A stretch of 64,000 nucleotides of DNA from a virus (Duplodnaviria; Caudoviricetes): positions 7,387 through 71,386 of IMG/VR virus record IMGVR_UViG_3300049172_000068; one strand, written 5' to 3'. A model generated the notes under the pieces. It did not search any database. It saw nothing but the letters and a program-made list of their open reading frames with translations, and was not told the DNA's origin. The position numbers and the translations under genes were made by a program. Each line of letters starts with the position of its first letter. Position 1 is the first letter of the stretch. Shown here one piece after another: positions 1 to 7,928 of this stretch.

Positions 1-1
1 C

Positions 2-160
2 AAGCGGTACAGCGACGGCCACTACGGCACCACCACCATCGCCGCCTACGCCAAGTGGCAGAAGAAGCTCGGCTACACCGGAAAGGACGCCGACGGCATT
101 CCCGGCCGCACCTCCCTCGAACGCCTCGGCGACCGCTACGGCTTCGAGGTGATCGCGTGA
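2..160 (+). CDS. Endolysin C-terminal fragment (peptidoglycan-binding domain), 5' truncated by window
   Basis: My translation KRYSDGHYGTTTIAAYAKWQKKLGYTGKDADGIPGRTSLERLGDRYGFEVIA*; DG-x-YG-x-x-T...WQ-x-x-LG...ADG-x-PG is typical of PG-binding tails of Streptomyces phage lysins. Confidence 0.75.
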   Translation, partial: KRYSDGHYGTTTIAAYAKWQKKLGYTGKDADGIPGRTSLERLGDRYGFEVIA

Positions 161-711
161 CCGCCATCGACTACGACCTCGAATTCCTGGAGGACGGCCG
201 CCACATCGAGCTGATCTCCATCGGCATGGTGTGCGACGACGGCCGCGAGTACTACGCCGTCAACCGCGGCATGCCCGTGCGGAAGATCCGCAAGCACAGG
301 TGGCTGATGGAGAACGTCGTCCCCAACCTGCCCAAGGGGCACGGGGACCGGCGCAATCACGTGCCGAAGTCCTGGCTGTTCGACTACACCGACCCGCTCG
401 TGAAGCGACGCCAGCGCATCGCCGACGACGTCATGGACTTCATCCGCGCCGCCGGGCCCGACGTCCAGCTGTGGGCCAACTACGGCGCCTACGACCACGT
501 CGCCCTAGCCCAGCTCCGGGGCCGCATGATCGACCTGCCCGAAGGCGTCCCCATGTTCACCTGCGACATCCAGCAGGAACGCGCCCGCCTCGGCCTGCGC
601 TGGGGCGACCTCCCACAACAGGAGTCCGGAGAGCACAACGCCCTCGCAGACGCCCGCCACAACCAGACCGTCCGGCGCTGGCTCGCCGAACAGGAAGCGA
701 GAACCTCGTGA
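157..711 (+). CDS. 3'-5' exo(ribo)nuclease, DEDDh Rv2179c/RNase AS-like
   Basis: GTG overlaps the lysin stop (GTGA); motifs IDYDLEFLEDG..IELISIG, WANYGAYD, HNALADA. Confidence 0.75.
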   Translation: MTAIDYDLEFLEDGRHIELISIGMVCDDGREYYAVNRGMPVRKIRKHRWLMENVVPNLPKGHGDRRNHVPKSWLFDYTDPLVKRRQRIADDVMDFIRAAGPDVQLWANYGAYDHVALAQLRGRMIDLPEGVPMFTCDIQQERARLGLRWGDLPQQESGEHNALADARHNQTVRRWLAEQEARTS

Positions 712-1028
712 ACGCGTCCCTCGACAAGGCCTACTGGATCGGCCTCGCCATCTCCGTCGTGCTGCCGGTCCTCGTCGGCCTGGTCACCAAGCACGTCACC
801 CACCCGGGCGTGAAGGCCACCCTGCTGCTGGCGCTCAGCACCCTCACCGGCTTCCTCACCGAGCTCGCCAACCCGGGCCCCGACTACGACCTCGGCACCG
901 CCGTCGTCCTGTCGCTCGTCTCCTTCGCCACCGGCGTCCTGATGCACTTCGGCCTGTGGAAGCCGGCCGGCGTCAGCGACAAGGCACAGTCCGCGCTCGG
1001 CGGTGGCACTCCCGTCCGGAGCGTGTAG
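708..1028 (+). CDS. Putative holin (3 TM)
   Basis: GTGA overlap; three hydrophobic segments, charged tail, position in the lysis cassette. Confidence 0.7.
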   Translation: MNASLDKAYWIGLAISVVLPVLVGLVTKHVTHPGVKATLLLALSTLTGFLTELANPGPDYDLGTAVVLSLVSFATGVLMHFGLWKPAGVSDKAQSALGGGTPVRSV

Positions 1029-1469
1029 GTGCCGCGCCGTGCGGTCCGGCGGGTGTACAAGATGCTGGGCCGCCGCGGCTGCTTCCTCGCGATCCTCGGC
1101 GTCGGCAAGACCTGCTGGGGTGTGTCGTTCCTCGTCAACCCGCCCAGCGACGAGGGCTTGGAACTCCTCACGCGGTACTGCGAGCTGCGGCACTGGGCGT
1201 GGCTGTGGATCGTGTGCGGCCTCGTCACCCTCGGCTCAGCATTCGTCAAGATCGGCCGGGACCGGTTCGGGTTCCTGGCCGCCCTCATTCCCCCCACCGT
1301 GTGGGCCGCCGCCTACACGTTCGCCGTCATCACCGGCGACTACTCCCGCGGCGGCTTCGTCGCAGTCTGGTACCTGACGAGTCACGTCGGGGTGATCCTG
1401 TGGGCGAGCGCGGTTCCCGAATACTCGGTCCCCCCGCCCGTGCGCGCCCGGAGAGGCAAGGCCGCATGA
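1029..1469 (+). CDS. Lysis-cassette multi-pass membrane protein
   Basis: About 4 TM segments; near-identical copy at 63547-63987. Confidence 0.75.
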   Translation: MPRRAVRRVYKMLGRRGCFLAILGVGKTCWGVSFLVNPPSDEGLELLTRYCELRHWAWLWIVCGLVTLGSAFVKIGRDRFGFLAALIPPTVWAAAYTFAVITGDYSRGGFVAVWYLTSHVGVILWASAVPEYSVPPPVRARRGKAA

Positions 1470-1828
1470 ACGTGGGCGAGTGGGCAGCCATCATCGGCGC
1501 CGCCGGCAGTGTTCTCGGAGGGGGCGGCTGGTTCGTCTCCCGAGCCACTGTGAGGGCAGCGCAGGCAACGGCCCGCGCCAACGAGGCAGCAGCCGCGATC
1601 CAGGCGGCGCCGCAGGCACGCGCCCAGGAGTTCGCTGTGCTGGAGGCGACGGTGAAGCGGGTGGATGAGGAGAACGGCTCGCTGCGGGGCCGCATGTCCC
1701 GACTGGAGTCGATCGTGCGGGCGTTCGCGTGGACCACGGACCGGTGGGCCCGCCAGATGCACCGGGCCGGCATCGACCCGGAGCCCGCACATCCTCTGGT
1801 CGACGAGTACAACCGAACTGGAGTCTGA
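1466..1828 (+). CDS. Membrane-anchored coiled-coil protein of the lysis cassette
   Basis: ATGA overlap; N-terminal TM (AAIIGAAGSVLGGGGWFV) then heptad region; start repeated at 63984. Confidence 0.7.
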   Translation: MNVGEWAAIIGAAGSVLGGGGWFVSRATVRAAQATARANEAAAAIQAAPQARAQEFAVLEATVKRVDEENGSLRGRMSRLESIVRAFAWTTDRWARQMHRAGIDPEPAHPLVDEYNRTGV

Positions 1829-1829
1829 G

Positions 1830-1988
1830 ATGCCCGAGCCGATCCCTCTCCGGCCGCGCCGGGACGACACCGCCGCCGACATGCGGAGCCTCGTGCAGAT
1901 GGGGGAGGCCGAACCCCAGCCCATACCGGCGCCCGCCACCGATCCGTTCCTGGCACCGGACTGGCCGCCGGACGACGAACCCGCGTGA
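1830..1988 (+). CDS. Small Pro-rich hypothetical protein
   Basis: ATG 1 nt after the previous stop, followed by a terminator. Confidence 0.55.
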   Translation: MPEPIPLRPRRDDTAADMRSLVQMGEAEPQPIPAPATDPFLAPDWPPDDEPA

Positions 1989-1995
1989 ACGACAG

Positions 1996-2032
1996 CGCCC
2001 CCACCGCTTCGGCGGTGGGGGCGTTCTGCTGT
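1996..2032 (+). terminator. Intrinsic terminator-like hairpin
   Basis: CGCCCCCACCGC-TTCG-GCGGTGGGGGCG, 12-bp perfect stem with a UUCG loop. Confidence 0.8.
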
Positions 2033-2049
2033 GTCCAGGACCGGAGTTG

Positions 2050-2095
2050 GCCCGTCGGCCTCTCGATAACCCACACATATCAACGACCGTCGGGC
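2050..2095. other. Candidate lox-like recombination site upstream of the Cre-like gene
   Basis: Imperfect inverted repeat GCCCGTCGG..TCGATA-ACCCACACA-TATCAA..CCGTCGGGC. Confidence 0.3.
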
Positions 2096-2135
2096 GTATG
2101 CTAGTTCTACACAAACCCCCATAAAGGAGTCGAAC

Positions 2136-3176
2136 TTGGCGAGTGAACTCGAACCGGTGGAAGTGGAGTTCGTCCCGGCCGCGCAGCCGTCAGCTGCCAG
2201 GGACCGCCACATCTCAGGCGAGACCGCAGAAGACCTCAAGCGCGCCACTGCGGCCAACACGGAACGCGCCTACGCGCGCTGGTGGAATATGGCCCTCGCC
2301 TGGTGCGAGCGAGAGGGGCGCACTCCGCTGCCGATGACCGCCGAGACGATCGCCGAGTTCATCGGATACCTCATGCGCTCCACGTCCCAGGCGACCGGCA
2401 AGCCGTACTCGCCAGCCAGCCTCGACCAGGCCCTCTCTGCGGTCCGGACCGCGCACTTCCGTGCAGGTTTCGAAGGGCAACCCAACTCCAGGGCCGCCCG
2501 AGACCTGATCAAAGTGCACCGGCAGGACCGCGCGCGCGACGGCTGGCGCCCTCGGCGAGCCAAACCCGTGACCCTCGACGTACTGCGCCTCCTACTGGCC
2601 CAGTGCGACACCGGCTCCCTCAGCGGCCGACGAGACGCAACCATTCTCGTTCTGGGATACGGGCTCATGGGCCGCCGCTCAGAGCTCGCCTCCGTCACCA
2701 TCGACCAGCTGACGGTCGCAGACGAGTGGGTAACCGTCTTCATCCCCATGTCGAAGACCGACACCAGCGCCCACGGAGAAGACATCGACATCCCCAGGGC
2801 CATCGCGCCGGACATCGACGCCCGGGCCATCGTGAACTCCTATCTTGAAGGGCTGGCCGAGCACGGCATTACAGAGGGTCGGCTCCTGCGGAGTATCGAC
2901 GTATGGGGCAACATCGGCGCCGGCATGACCGGTGAGACGGTGAACGAGATCGTGAAGCGACTGGCCAAGGACGCCAAGCTGACGGACGCGGAACGGATGA
3001 CCGCGCACGGCCTTCGAGCCGGGGCGCCGACCGATGCCGCGGAGCGCGGCGTCCCTGTGCCCTTCATTGCCGAGCACGGACGCTGGAGCAAGAACTCGAC
3101 CCAGGTGCTCACCTACGTCCGCCCGGCCGACCGGCGCCGCAACAACCCGCTGCTCCCGCGCGACAATCGATCCTGA
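2136..3176 (+). CDS. Cre-like tyrosine recombinase
   Basis: NTERAY..W core-binding N-domain; RDATIL..GRRSE (R), HGLR (HxxR), GRW, LTY catalytic residues; no arm-binding domain. Confidence 0.85.
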   Translation: MASELEPVEVEFVPAAQPSAARDRHISGETAEDLKRATAANTERAYARWWNMALAWCEREGRTPLPMTAETIAEFIGYLMRSTSQATGKPYSPASLDQALSAVRTAHFRAGFEGQPNSRAARDLIKVHRQDRARDGWRPRRAKPVTLDVLRLLLAQCDTGSLSGRRDATILVLGYGLMGRRSELASVTIDQLTVADEWVTVFIPMSKTDTSAHGEDIDIPRAIAPDIDARAIVNSYLEGLAEHGITEGRLLRSIDVWGNIGAGMTGETVNEIVKRLAKDAKLTDAERMTAHGLRAGAPTDAAERGVPVPFIAEHGRWSKNSTQVLTYVRPADRRRNNPLLPRDNRS

Positions 3177-3183
3177 GCACGAC

Positions 3184-3224
3184 AACGCCCCCGCAGTCAG
3201 TCGACTGCGGGGGCGTTCTGCTGT
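3184..3224 (+). terminator. Intrinsic terminator-like hairpin
   Basis: AACGCCCCCGCAGTC-AGTC-GACTGCGGGGGCGTT; shares 16-bp GGGGGCGTTCTGCTGT with the hairpin at 2017-2032. Confidence 0.8.
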
Positions 3225-3445
3225 CCGGGGCTTAGCCCCAACCCGTGTCGTCGCTCATGACGCCTCCCCAGATCGGTGCGGCCCGCCGAGGTGCCCCCTC
3301 GCCCCGAAGGACCGTCGCGAAGACACGACGGGCCGCCCGAACACGGTACGCGGAACACGGCCGTCCTGTCAGGAGGTCGTGCCACACTGAGCGCAGCGCC
3401 CGCCGAGCATCCCCCGTCTCGGCGGGCCCTGCTTTTTGCTCTGGC

Positions 3446-3721
3446 TCAGATGGCCTCCCGCTGTTCGTGGAGGTCGTGGACGGTGGCGGTGAGGGTGCCG
3501 TCTTGCTGCTCGTAGTGGGAGAGGGCGAGGCCGAGGCCGAAGAAGGTGGGCGCCCATTCGCCGACGAAGATGCCCCACCGGTCGGCGCGGGCGACGCCGG
3601 TGCCGGGTTCGGCGTTGAGGCTGGTGGCCCACGCCACGACCGTGAGGCCGATGCTGGCGAAGGCGGCAATGTAGGCGTGTTCGCTGCGGATGCCCATGTC
3701 GTGCATCTTCTTGATGATCAT
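3446..3721 (-). CDS. Small 2-TM membrane protein
   Basis: MIIKKMHDMGIRSEHAY..ADRWGIFVGEWAPTFFGLG; GGAGG RBS. Confidence 0.7.
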   Translation of the reverse strand: MIIKKMHDMGIRSEHAYIAAFASIGLTVVAWATSLNAEPGTGVARADRWGIFVGEWAPTFFGLGLALSHYEQQDGTLTATVHDLHEQREAI

Positions 3722-3861
3722 GGTGCCTCCATCGAGGTGGGTGGGGTTGCTCAGGCCGTGTTCCTCACTCCATCCCACCTATTCGACCCATTTGCACCAT
3801 ATGAGGCATTGCTGCCCGTGTCATAAGCTGTTGCTGCTCGGGGCCACGATGGAGGTCAACC

Positions 3862-4770
3862 ATGCCCCGAACCGTGTGGTCAGGCGCGATCAGCTTCGGT
3901 CTCGTCACCGTGCCGATCAACGTCCAGAGCGCCACCGAGGACCACTCGATCCGCTTCCACCAGTACCACCTGGAGGACATGGGCCGGGTGCGGGTGCGCA
4001 AGTACTGCGAGGTCGAGGACCGCGAGGTCACCAGCGATGAGATCGGCAAGGGCTACGAGCTGAGCAAGACCCAGGTCATCCCGATCAGCGACGACGAGCT
4101 GCGCGACCTGCCGCTGCCGACGGCGAAGGCCATCGAGATTGCGGCGTTCGTTCCGCTGGACTCGGTCGACCCGATCCGGATTGGCGAGGGCTACTACCTC
4201 CAGCCGTCCGGCCAGGTCGCGGCCAAGCCGTACAAGCTCCTCGCCATGGCCCTCGCCCGCTCCTCGAAAGTCGCCGTCGCCAAATACGCGTGGTCCGGCC
4301 GGGAGCGCCTCGGTCTGCTGCGGGTGAAGGACGACGTGATCGTGCTGCACGCCATGCGCTGGCCCGACGAGATCCGCTACCCCAGCGAGCTCCTACCGGA
4401 GCCGGTCGAGCTGTCCGATGGCGAGATCGAAGGCGCGCTCGCTCTCATGGACTCCATGACGCGCGAGGACCTGGAAGGCGAGGACTTCCAGGACACCTAC
4501 ACCGAAGCCATCGAGCAGATCATCGAGGCGAAGCGGGAGCACCGCGAACCGCCGCGCCTGGAGGAGCCGGAGCAGAAGCCGGGCCAAATCGTCGACCTCA
4601 TGGCCGCCCTCCAAGAGTCCGTACAGAAGGCCCGGGTCTCGCGCGGCGAGGACGCCGACGTACACGAGATGCCAAAGAAGAAGACGGCAGCGAAGAAGCA
4701 GCCAGCCAAGAAGGCCACGAAGAAGGCCGCGGAGAAGAAGACGTCGGCGCGGAAGCCGCGCAGCGCCTAG
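3862..4770 (+). CDS. ku: Ku (NHEJ DNA end-binding) protein
   Basis: MPRTVWSGAISFGLVTVPI, YYLQP, KPYKLL, DLMAALQES and a Lys-rich tail; GGAGG RBS. Confidence 0.95.
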   Translation: MPRTVWSGAISFGLVTVPINVQSATEDHSIRFHQYHLEDMGRVRVRKYCEVEDREVTSDEIGKGYELSKTQVIPISDDELRDLPLPTAKAIEIAAFVPLDSVDPIRIGEGYYLQPSGQVAAKPYKLLAMALARSSKVAVAKYAWSGRERLGLLRVKDDVIVLHAMRWPDEIRYPSELLPEPVELSDGEIEGALALMDSMTREDLEGEDFQDTYTEAIEQIIEAKREHREPPRLEEPEQKPGQIVDLMAALQESVQKARVSRGEDADVHEMPKKKTAAKKQPAKKATKKAAEKKTSARKPRSA

Positions 4771-5102
4771 TCCAGAAACCCCAGCTCCGAGTCTGGCCGG
4801 CACGCCCCGCAGGCCTTCACCCCGTCGGCGAGCGCCCGCAGTGCCTCATCCCGCCGGATGCCCCGGGTGCGCTTCCCCGCGTTCCAGCAGCCGCCGACGT
4901 GCACCTGCACCGGTGGCGCGTCTCTGTTCAGCCCCTGCTCGATCAACCAGTCCGGGTCTGGTGGCCGGGCCTCGATGCCCCGCTGCCGCTCTTGCTCTCG
5001 CCGCTCGGCCGCCGCGATGGCCCGGCGCACCTCGTCGAGGGTGAGCTGGAGCCACGTCTCCAGGGTGCGGAGGCGGGGCAGGTCGGGCGGCAGGTCGGTC
5101 AC
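4767..5102 (-). CDS. DUF6233-like protein with C-terminal CxxC
   Basis: LPPDLPRLRTLETWL..VHVGGCW..ACGACRPDSELG; family name recalled, not verified. Confidence 0.65.
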   Translation of the reverse strand: MTDLPPDLPRLRTLETWLQLTLDEVRRAIAAAERREQERQRGIEARPPDPDWLIEQGLNRDAPPVQVHVGGCWNAGKRTRGIRRDEALRALADGVKACGACRPDSELGFLD

Positions 5103-5123
5103 GCCTCCAGCTTGCACCAAAAA

Positions 5124-5139
5124 TCGAACACGTGATCCC
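5124..5139. promoter_or_regulatory. Degenerate actinobacterial SOS box-like site
   Basis: TCGAAC-ACGT-GATCCC versus consensus TCGAAC-N4-GTTCGA, in a divergent intergenic gap. Confidence 0.35.
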
Positions 5140-5147
5140 ATCTGGCT

Positions 5148-5369
5148 ATGGTCAGACACCGGGTCGAGTACCTCACCGACAGGCAGGAGCAAATCCTCCG
5201 CCACATCCGCATGGCCATCACCGACCAGGGCGACGCCCCCACCGTCGCCGAGCTCGCCGACCGCGTCGGCCTGGCCGTCAGCACCGTGCACTACCAGCTG
5301 GTCGAGTTGGAAACCAAGGGTGCGATCGTCCGCGAACCGCACCAACACAGAGGGATCCGGCTCGCGTGA
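5148..5369 (+). CDS. LexA DNA-binding-domain-only protein
   Basis: LTDRQEQIL..I......G.APTVAELADRVGL.VSTVHYQL..LE.KG.I.R.....RGIRL matches the LexA N-domain; no peptidase domain. Confidence 0.8.
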   Translation: MVRHRVEYLTDRQEQILRHIRMAITDQGDAPTVAELADRVGLAVSTVHYQLVELETKGAIVREPHQHRGIRLA

Positions 5370-5560
5370 ACCCCGACCGCTACCACGTCGCCCTCACCTC
5401 CGACGGCCGCCCGGCCATGCACGGCTGGTGGGGCAGCGAGACCGTCGCCCGCGGCAAGGTGACCGGCTGGATCGGGCAGTGGGGTCGACCCGGGGCGCGC
5501 ATCACCCTCGTCGACGAGGACACCGGCGCGACGTTGACGACCTGGCCGGACGAGGCGTGA
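5366..5560 (+). CDS. Small Trp-rich hypothetical protein
   Basis: GTGA overlap with the LexA-like gene; PAMHGWWGSETVAR. Confidence 0.6.
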   Translation: MNPDRYHVALTSDGRPAMHGWWGSETVARGKVTGWIGQWGRPGARITLVDEDTGATLTTWPDEA

Positions 5561-5597
5561 CCGTCTGCCATCCTGGCGGGGACGCGAGGAGGCGCCC

Positions 5598-5816
5598 ATG
5601 TCGTACCACCCATACCCGAACGCCGAGCGTGCGCTGAAGCAGCTCGACCGGCACTATCCGCCCGCGCCCGTGATCCAGCTGGAGTGTCTGCGGCCGATGG
5701 CGGACAGCTTCGCGAAGCTGCGGGTGGACGCGCAGCGGGCCGCCCGGCAGGGCTTCGGGGCGGGGGCCTACGTGCTGTCGACTCGGCGTCCCGGCGTTGT
5801 CAGTGGCGGCGCGTAG
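5598..5816 (+). CDS. Hypothetical protein
   Basis: GAGGAGG RBS before ATG. Confidence 0.5.
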   Translation: MSYHPYPNAERALKQLDRHYPPAPVIQLECLRPMADSFAKLRVDAQRAARQGFGAGAYVLSTRRPGVVSGGA

Positions 5817-5897
5817 CCTGAGCTCATCATCCCGACGAGCAAGTCGGGTTGGCTCTGGCCCCGCCCCGCCTGGTCACGCAGGCGGGGCGCGCTGCTG

Positions 5898-6101
5898 TCA
5901 GCCCTCGGCGGGCGCGTGCCGCACGGCCCGCTTGAGCGCCATCTCCACCTCGACCCGCGACATCCCGGCCGCCTCAGCGTGCGCGGTGACCGCGTCCTGC
6001 ACGGCGTTGGCGGTGGCGACGGTGAGCCGCCCGGCCCGGTGCTCCTCCCATGCGGCGCGCTCCAGGGCTATCAGGGTGTCGGGGAACTCGATGTCGCTCA
6101 C
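5898..6101 (-). CDS. Hypothetical protein
   Basis: Helical 67-aa ORF downstream of the RHH gene. Confidence 0.6.
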   Translation of the reverse strand: MSDIEFPDTLIALERAAWEEHRAGRLTVATANAVQDAVTAHAEAAGMSRVEVEMALKRAVRHAPAEG

Positions 6102-6112
6102 GAGCCAGGATC

Positions 6113-6340
6113 CTACGTGGCCGTGTCGGTGGCCTCAGGTGCGGCTGGTCGCTCGGGCAGCTTGGCTCCGGGGCGCCTGACGTACCACTCCCAGAGCTGC
6201 CGGGTGATGCGGCTGCGGTCGCTGCCTGTCGCGCGGGCTGCGGCGTCGAAGTCGTTGACCAGTTCTTCGTCGATGCCGCGCACGACTCGCTGCTTGTGAC
6301 GGTGCCTGTGCTGTCGTCGGCGTTCCTCTTCGCTGGTCAT
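6113..6340 (-). CDS. Ribbon-helix-helix (CopG-like) regulator
   Basis: QRVVRGIDEELVNDFDAAARATGSDRSRITRQLWEWY fits a strand-helix-helix pattern. Confidence 0.65.
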   Translation of the reverse strand: MTSEEERRRQHRHRHKQRVVRGIDEELVNDFDAAARATGSDRSRITRQLWEWYVRRPGAKLPERPAAPEATDTAT

Positions 6341-6355
6341 GCACGAATCATGGCA

Positions 6356-6405
6356 GGTGGCTTGCCACCGGTCAAAGGGTCCGGCATCCTTGGTGGCAAG
6401 CCACC
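6356..6405. promoter_or_regulatory. Pair of mutually inverted 14-bp operators in a divergent promoter
   Basis: GGTGGCTTGCCACC (6356-6369) and its exact reverse complement GGTGGCAAGCCACC (6392-6405). Confidence 0.7.
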
Positions 6406-6421
6406 AAGAGGGAGTGCGCCA

Positions 6422-6781
6422 ATGAAAGAGCAGGACATCGAGAAGGCGATCAACGCCGAGGTCGAACGGCTATACGGCATCCGCCGACGCCAGTCACTCG
6501 GACATCAGCAGCCGGTGACCGGCTCGGTCCCTATCGGCGCGTTTGGCAACCTCATGGGTGCGACCGTGTCCGTCGTGCTGGACATCACCGTCGACGGGTC
6601 CGTGACCCCAGTCGCCGTCGTATCGTGCAGCGGCTTCGGCTGCGTCGATCCGATCCACTCCGTGCCGCAAGGTGGCAGGTTCCTCGAATGTGACCACGGC
6701 CAGCTCACCCATGAGGGGCGCCTGAAAGCTTGCAAGTGGGCTCAGACGCACGCCGAACAGTGCCGAGCGCTCCCTCGATAG
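6422..6781 (+). CDS. Hypothetical Cys/His-containing protein
   Basis: GAGGGAG RBS; C..GC..C..H..C motif. Confidence 0.6.
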   Translation: MKEQDIEKAINAEVERLYGIRRRQSLGHQQPVTGSVPIGAFGNLMGATVSVVLDITVDGSVTPVAVVSCSGFGCVDPIHSVPQGGRFLECDHGQLTHEGRLKACKWAQTHAEQCRALPR

Positions 6782-6821
6782 AGCACGCAAATCTCTACAG
6801 CTAGCAACCTGGAGTTTCACT

Positions 6822-7319
6822 ATGACGAGTAGCGCCGACACCGACCCGACCGCCGCAATCGAAGTCCTCGCCCGCCTGCTCTGTGCCGCCGACGTCCACG
6901 TGTACGGCGGCGTCACGCCGACATGGCGCGAACTCTCCACCAGCGGTCGCCGCGCCGCCCAGGTCAAGTACCGCAAGGCTGCCGCGTGGCTGCTGCCGAG
7001 GTTGACCGTCACTGCCACCCCCGCCGCGCAGGCCTCCACCGTCGACCGGGCCACCTTGCTGCGGGAGGCCGCCGACGCTGCCGCCGAGAAGCATCGGCTC
7101 AACCCCTGGATGACCGCCGCCGACGTGATCGCCGACGTGCGCCGTATGGCGGACCACCTCGGGCCGTCATCCACCCCAGGCGATGACCTGATCCTGCAGG
7201 ACTCGCAGCCGTTCATCCCGCCCGTCCACTACCGGCGTGACGACGGCGTCGACTGCTGCGTCCACGTCATCCCCGTCGGTCCCGACTCGTGCCCGGCCTG
7301 CCGCGAACTCGCCGACTAG
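6822..7319 (+). CDS. Hypothetical protein with C-terminal CCVH..CPAC
   Basis: GGAG RBS; ends at a terminator. Confidence 0.6.
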   Translation: MTSSADTDPTAAIEVLARLLCAADVHVYGGVTPTWRELSTSGRRAAQVKYRKAAAWLLPRLTVTATPAAQASTVDRATLLREAADAAAEKHRLNPWMTAADVIADVRRMADHLGPSSTPGDDLILQDSQPFIPPVHYRRDDGVDCCVHVIPVGPDSCPACRELAD

Positions 7320-7331
7320 GAAGGCAACCCC

Positions 7332-7357
7332 GAAGCCCCGCCATCGTGCGGGGCTTC
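7332..7357. terminator. Bidirectional terminator between convergent genes
   Basis: GAAGCCCCGC-CATCGT-GCGGGGCTTC. Confidence 0.7.
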
Positions 7358-7358
7358 G

Positions 7359-7538
7359 TCATGCCGCGGTGGTCATCTCCCCGCGCACGGCCTCCACCCA
7401 CTCATCCCGCAGCCGCTCGTACCGCTCCCGCGTCGGCCCCCACAACCACGTCCCCGTCTCCGCCATCAGGGCACGGATCTCCTCATTCACGGCCTCAGCA
7501 GACCGCACCGGGACCCTAAGCGGGGGAGTGGAGGACAT
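7359..7538 (-). CDS. 59-aa hypothetical protein (not in the supplied ORF track)
   Basis: My translation MSSTPPLRVPVRSAEAVNEEIRALMAETGTWLWGPTRERYERLRDEWVEAVRGEMTTAA*. Confidence 0.6.
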   Translation of the reverse strand: MSSTPPLRVPVRSAEAVNEEIRALMAETGTWLWGPTRERYERLRDEWVEAVRGEMTTAA

Positions 7539-7571
7539 GCCGAGATCGTAGCTGCGGGGTCTGACAGCGGG

Positions 7572-7814
7572 CTATGACTTCGGGGACTCCTGCACGAACG
7601 TCCCCAGCCCGACCTCGGCCCGGACCAGGCCCTCCTCTTTCAGGTGGCGGAGCACCTTCTGGGCGGTGCTCGCCGCCACCTCGAACTCGGTGCTGATATC
7701 CACGACCGAGGGAACCTTGGAGCCGGCCGGGTAGGTGCCGTCTTCGATGCGGCCGATGATGATGGCCGCGATCTGCCTCCAGATCGGCCGAGTCCGGTCA
7801 AGATCAACGCTCAC
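7572..7814 (-). CDS. GntR-family wHTH-only regulator
   Basis: PIWRQIAAIIIGRIEDGTYPAGSKVPSVVDISTEFEVAASTAQKVLRHLKEEGLV..G.GTFV. Confidence 0.85.
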   Translation of the reverse strand: MSVDLDRTRPIWRQIAAIIIGRIEDGTYPAGSKVPSVVDISTEFEVAASTAQKVLRHLKEEGLVRAEVGLGTFVQESPKS

Positions 7815-7832
7815 ACGGTTGACGCTAGATAC

Positions 7833-7883
7833 CCGCAGTACACCGCGCGACCGCAGTACAGTGCGGTCTACTGCGGTATACCG
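7833..7883. promoter_or_regulatory. GntR operator-like repeats
   Basis: CCGCAGTACA twice (7833, 7851), inverted TACTGCGG (7869-7876), palindrome CGGTATACCG (7874-7883). Confidence 0.6.
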
Positions 7884-7928
7884 TGACATTGCAGGACCCC
7901 CGCGACCGCTGGCCGGCGGCCCGGGGGC

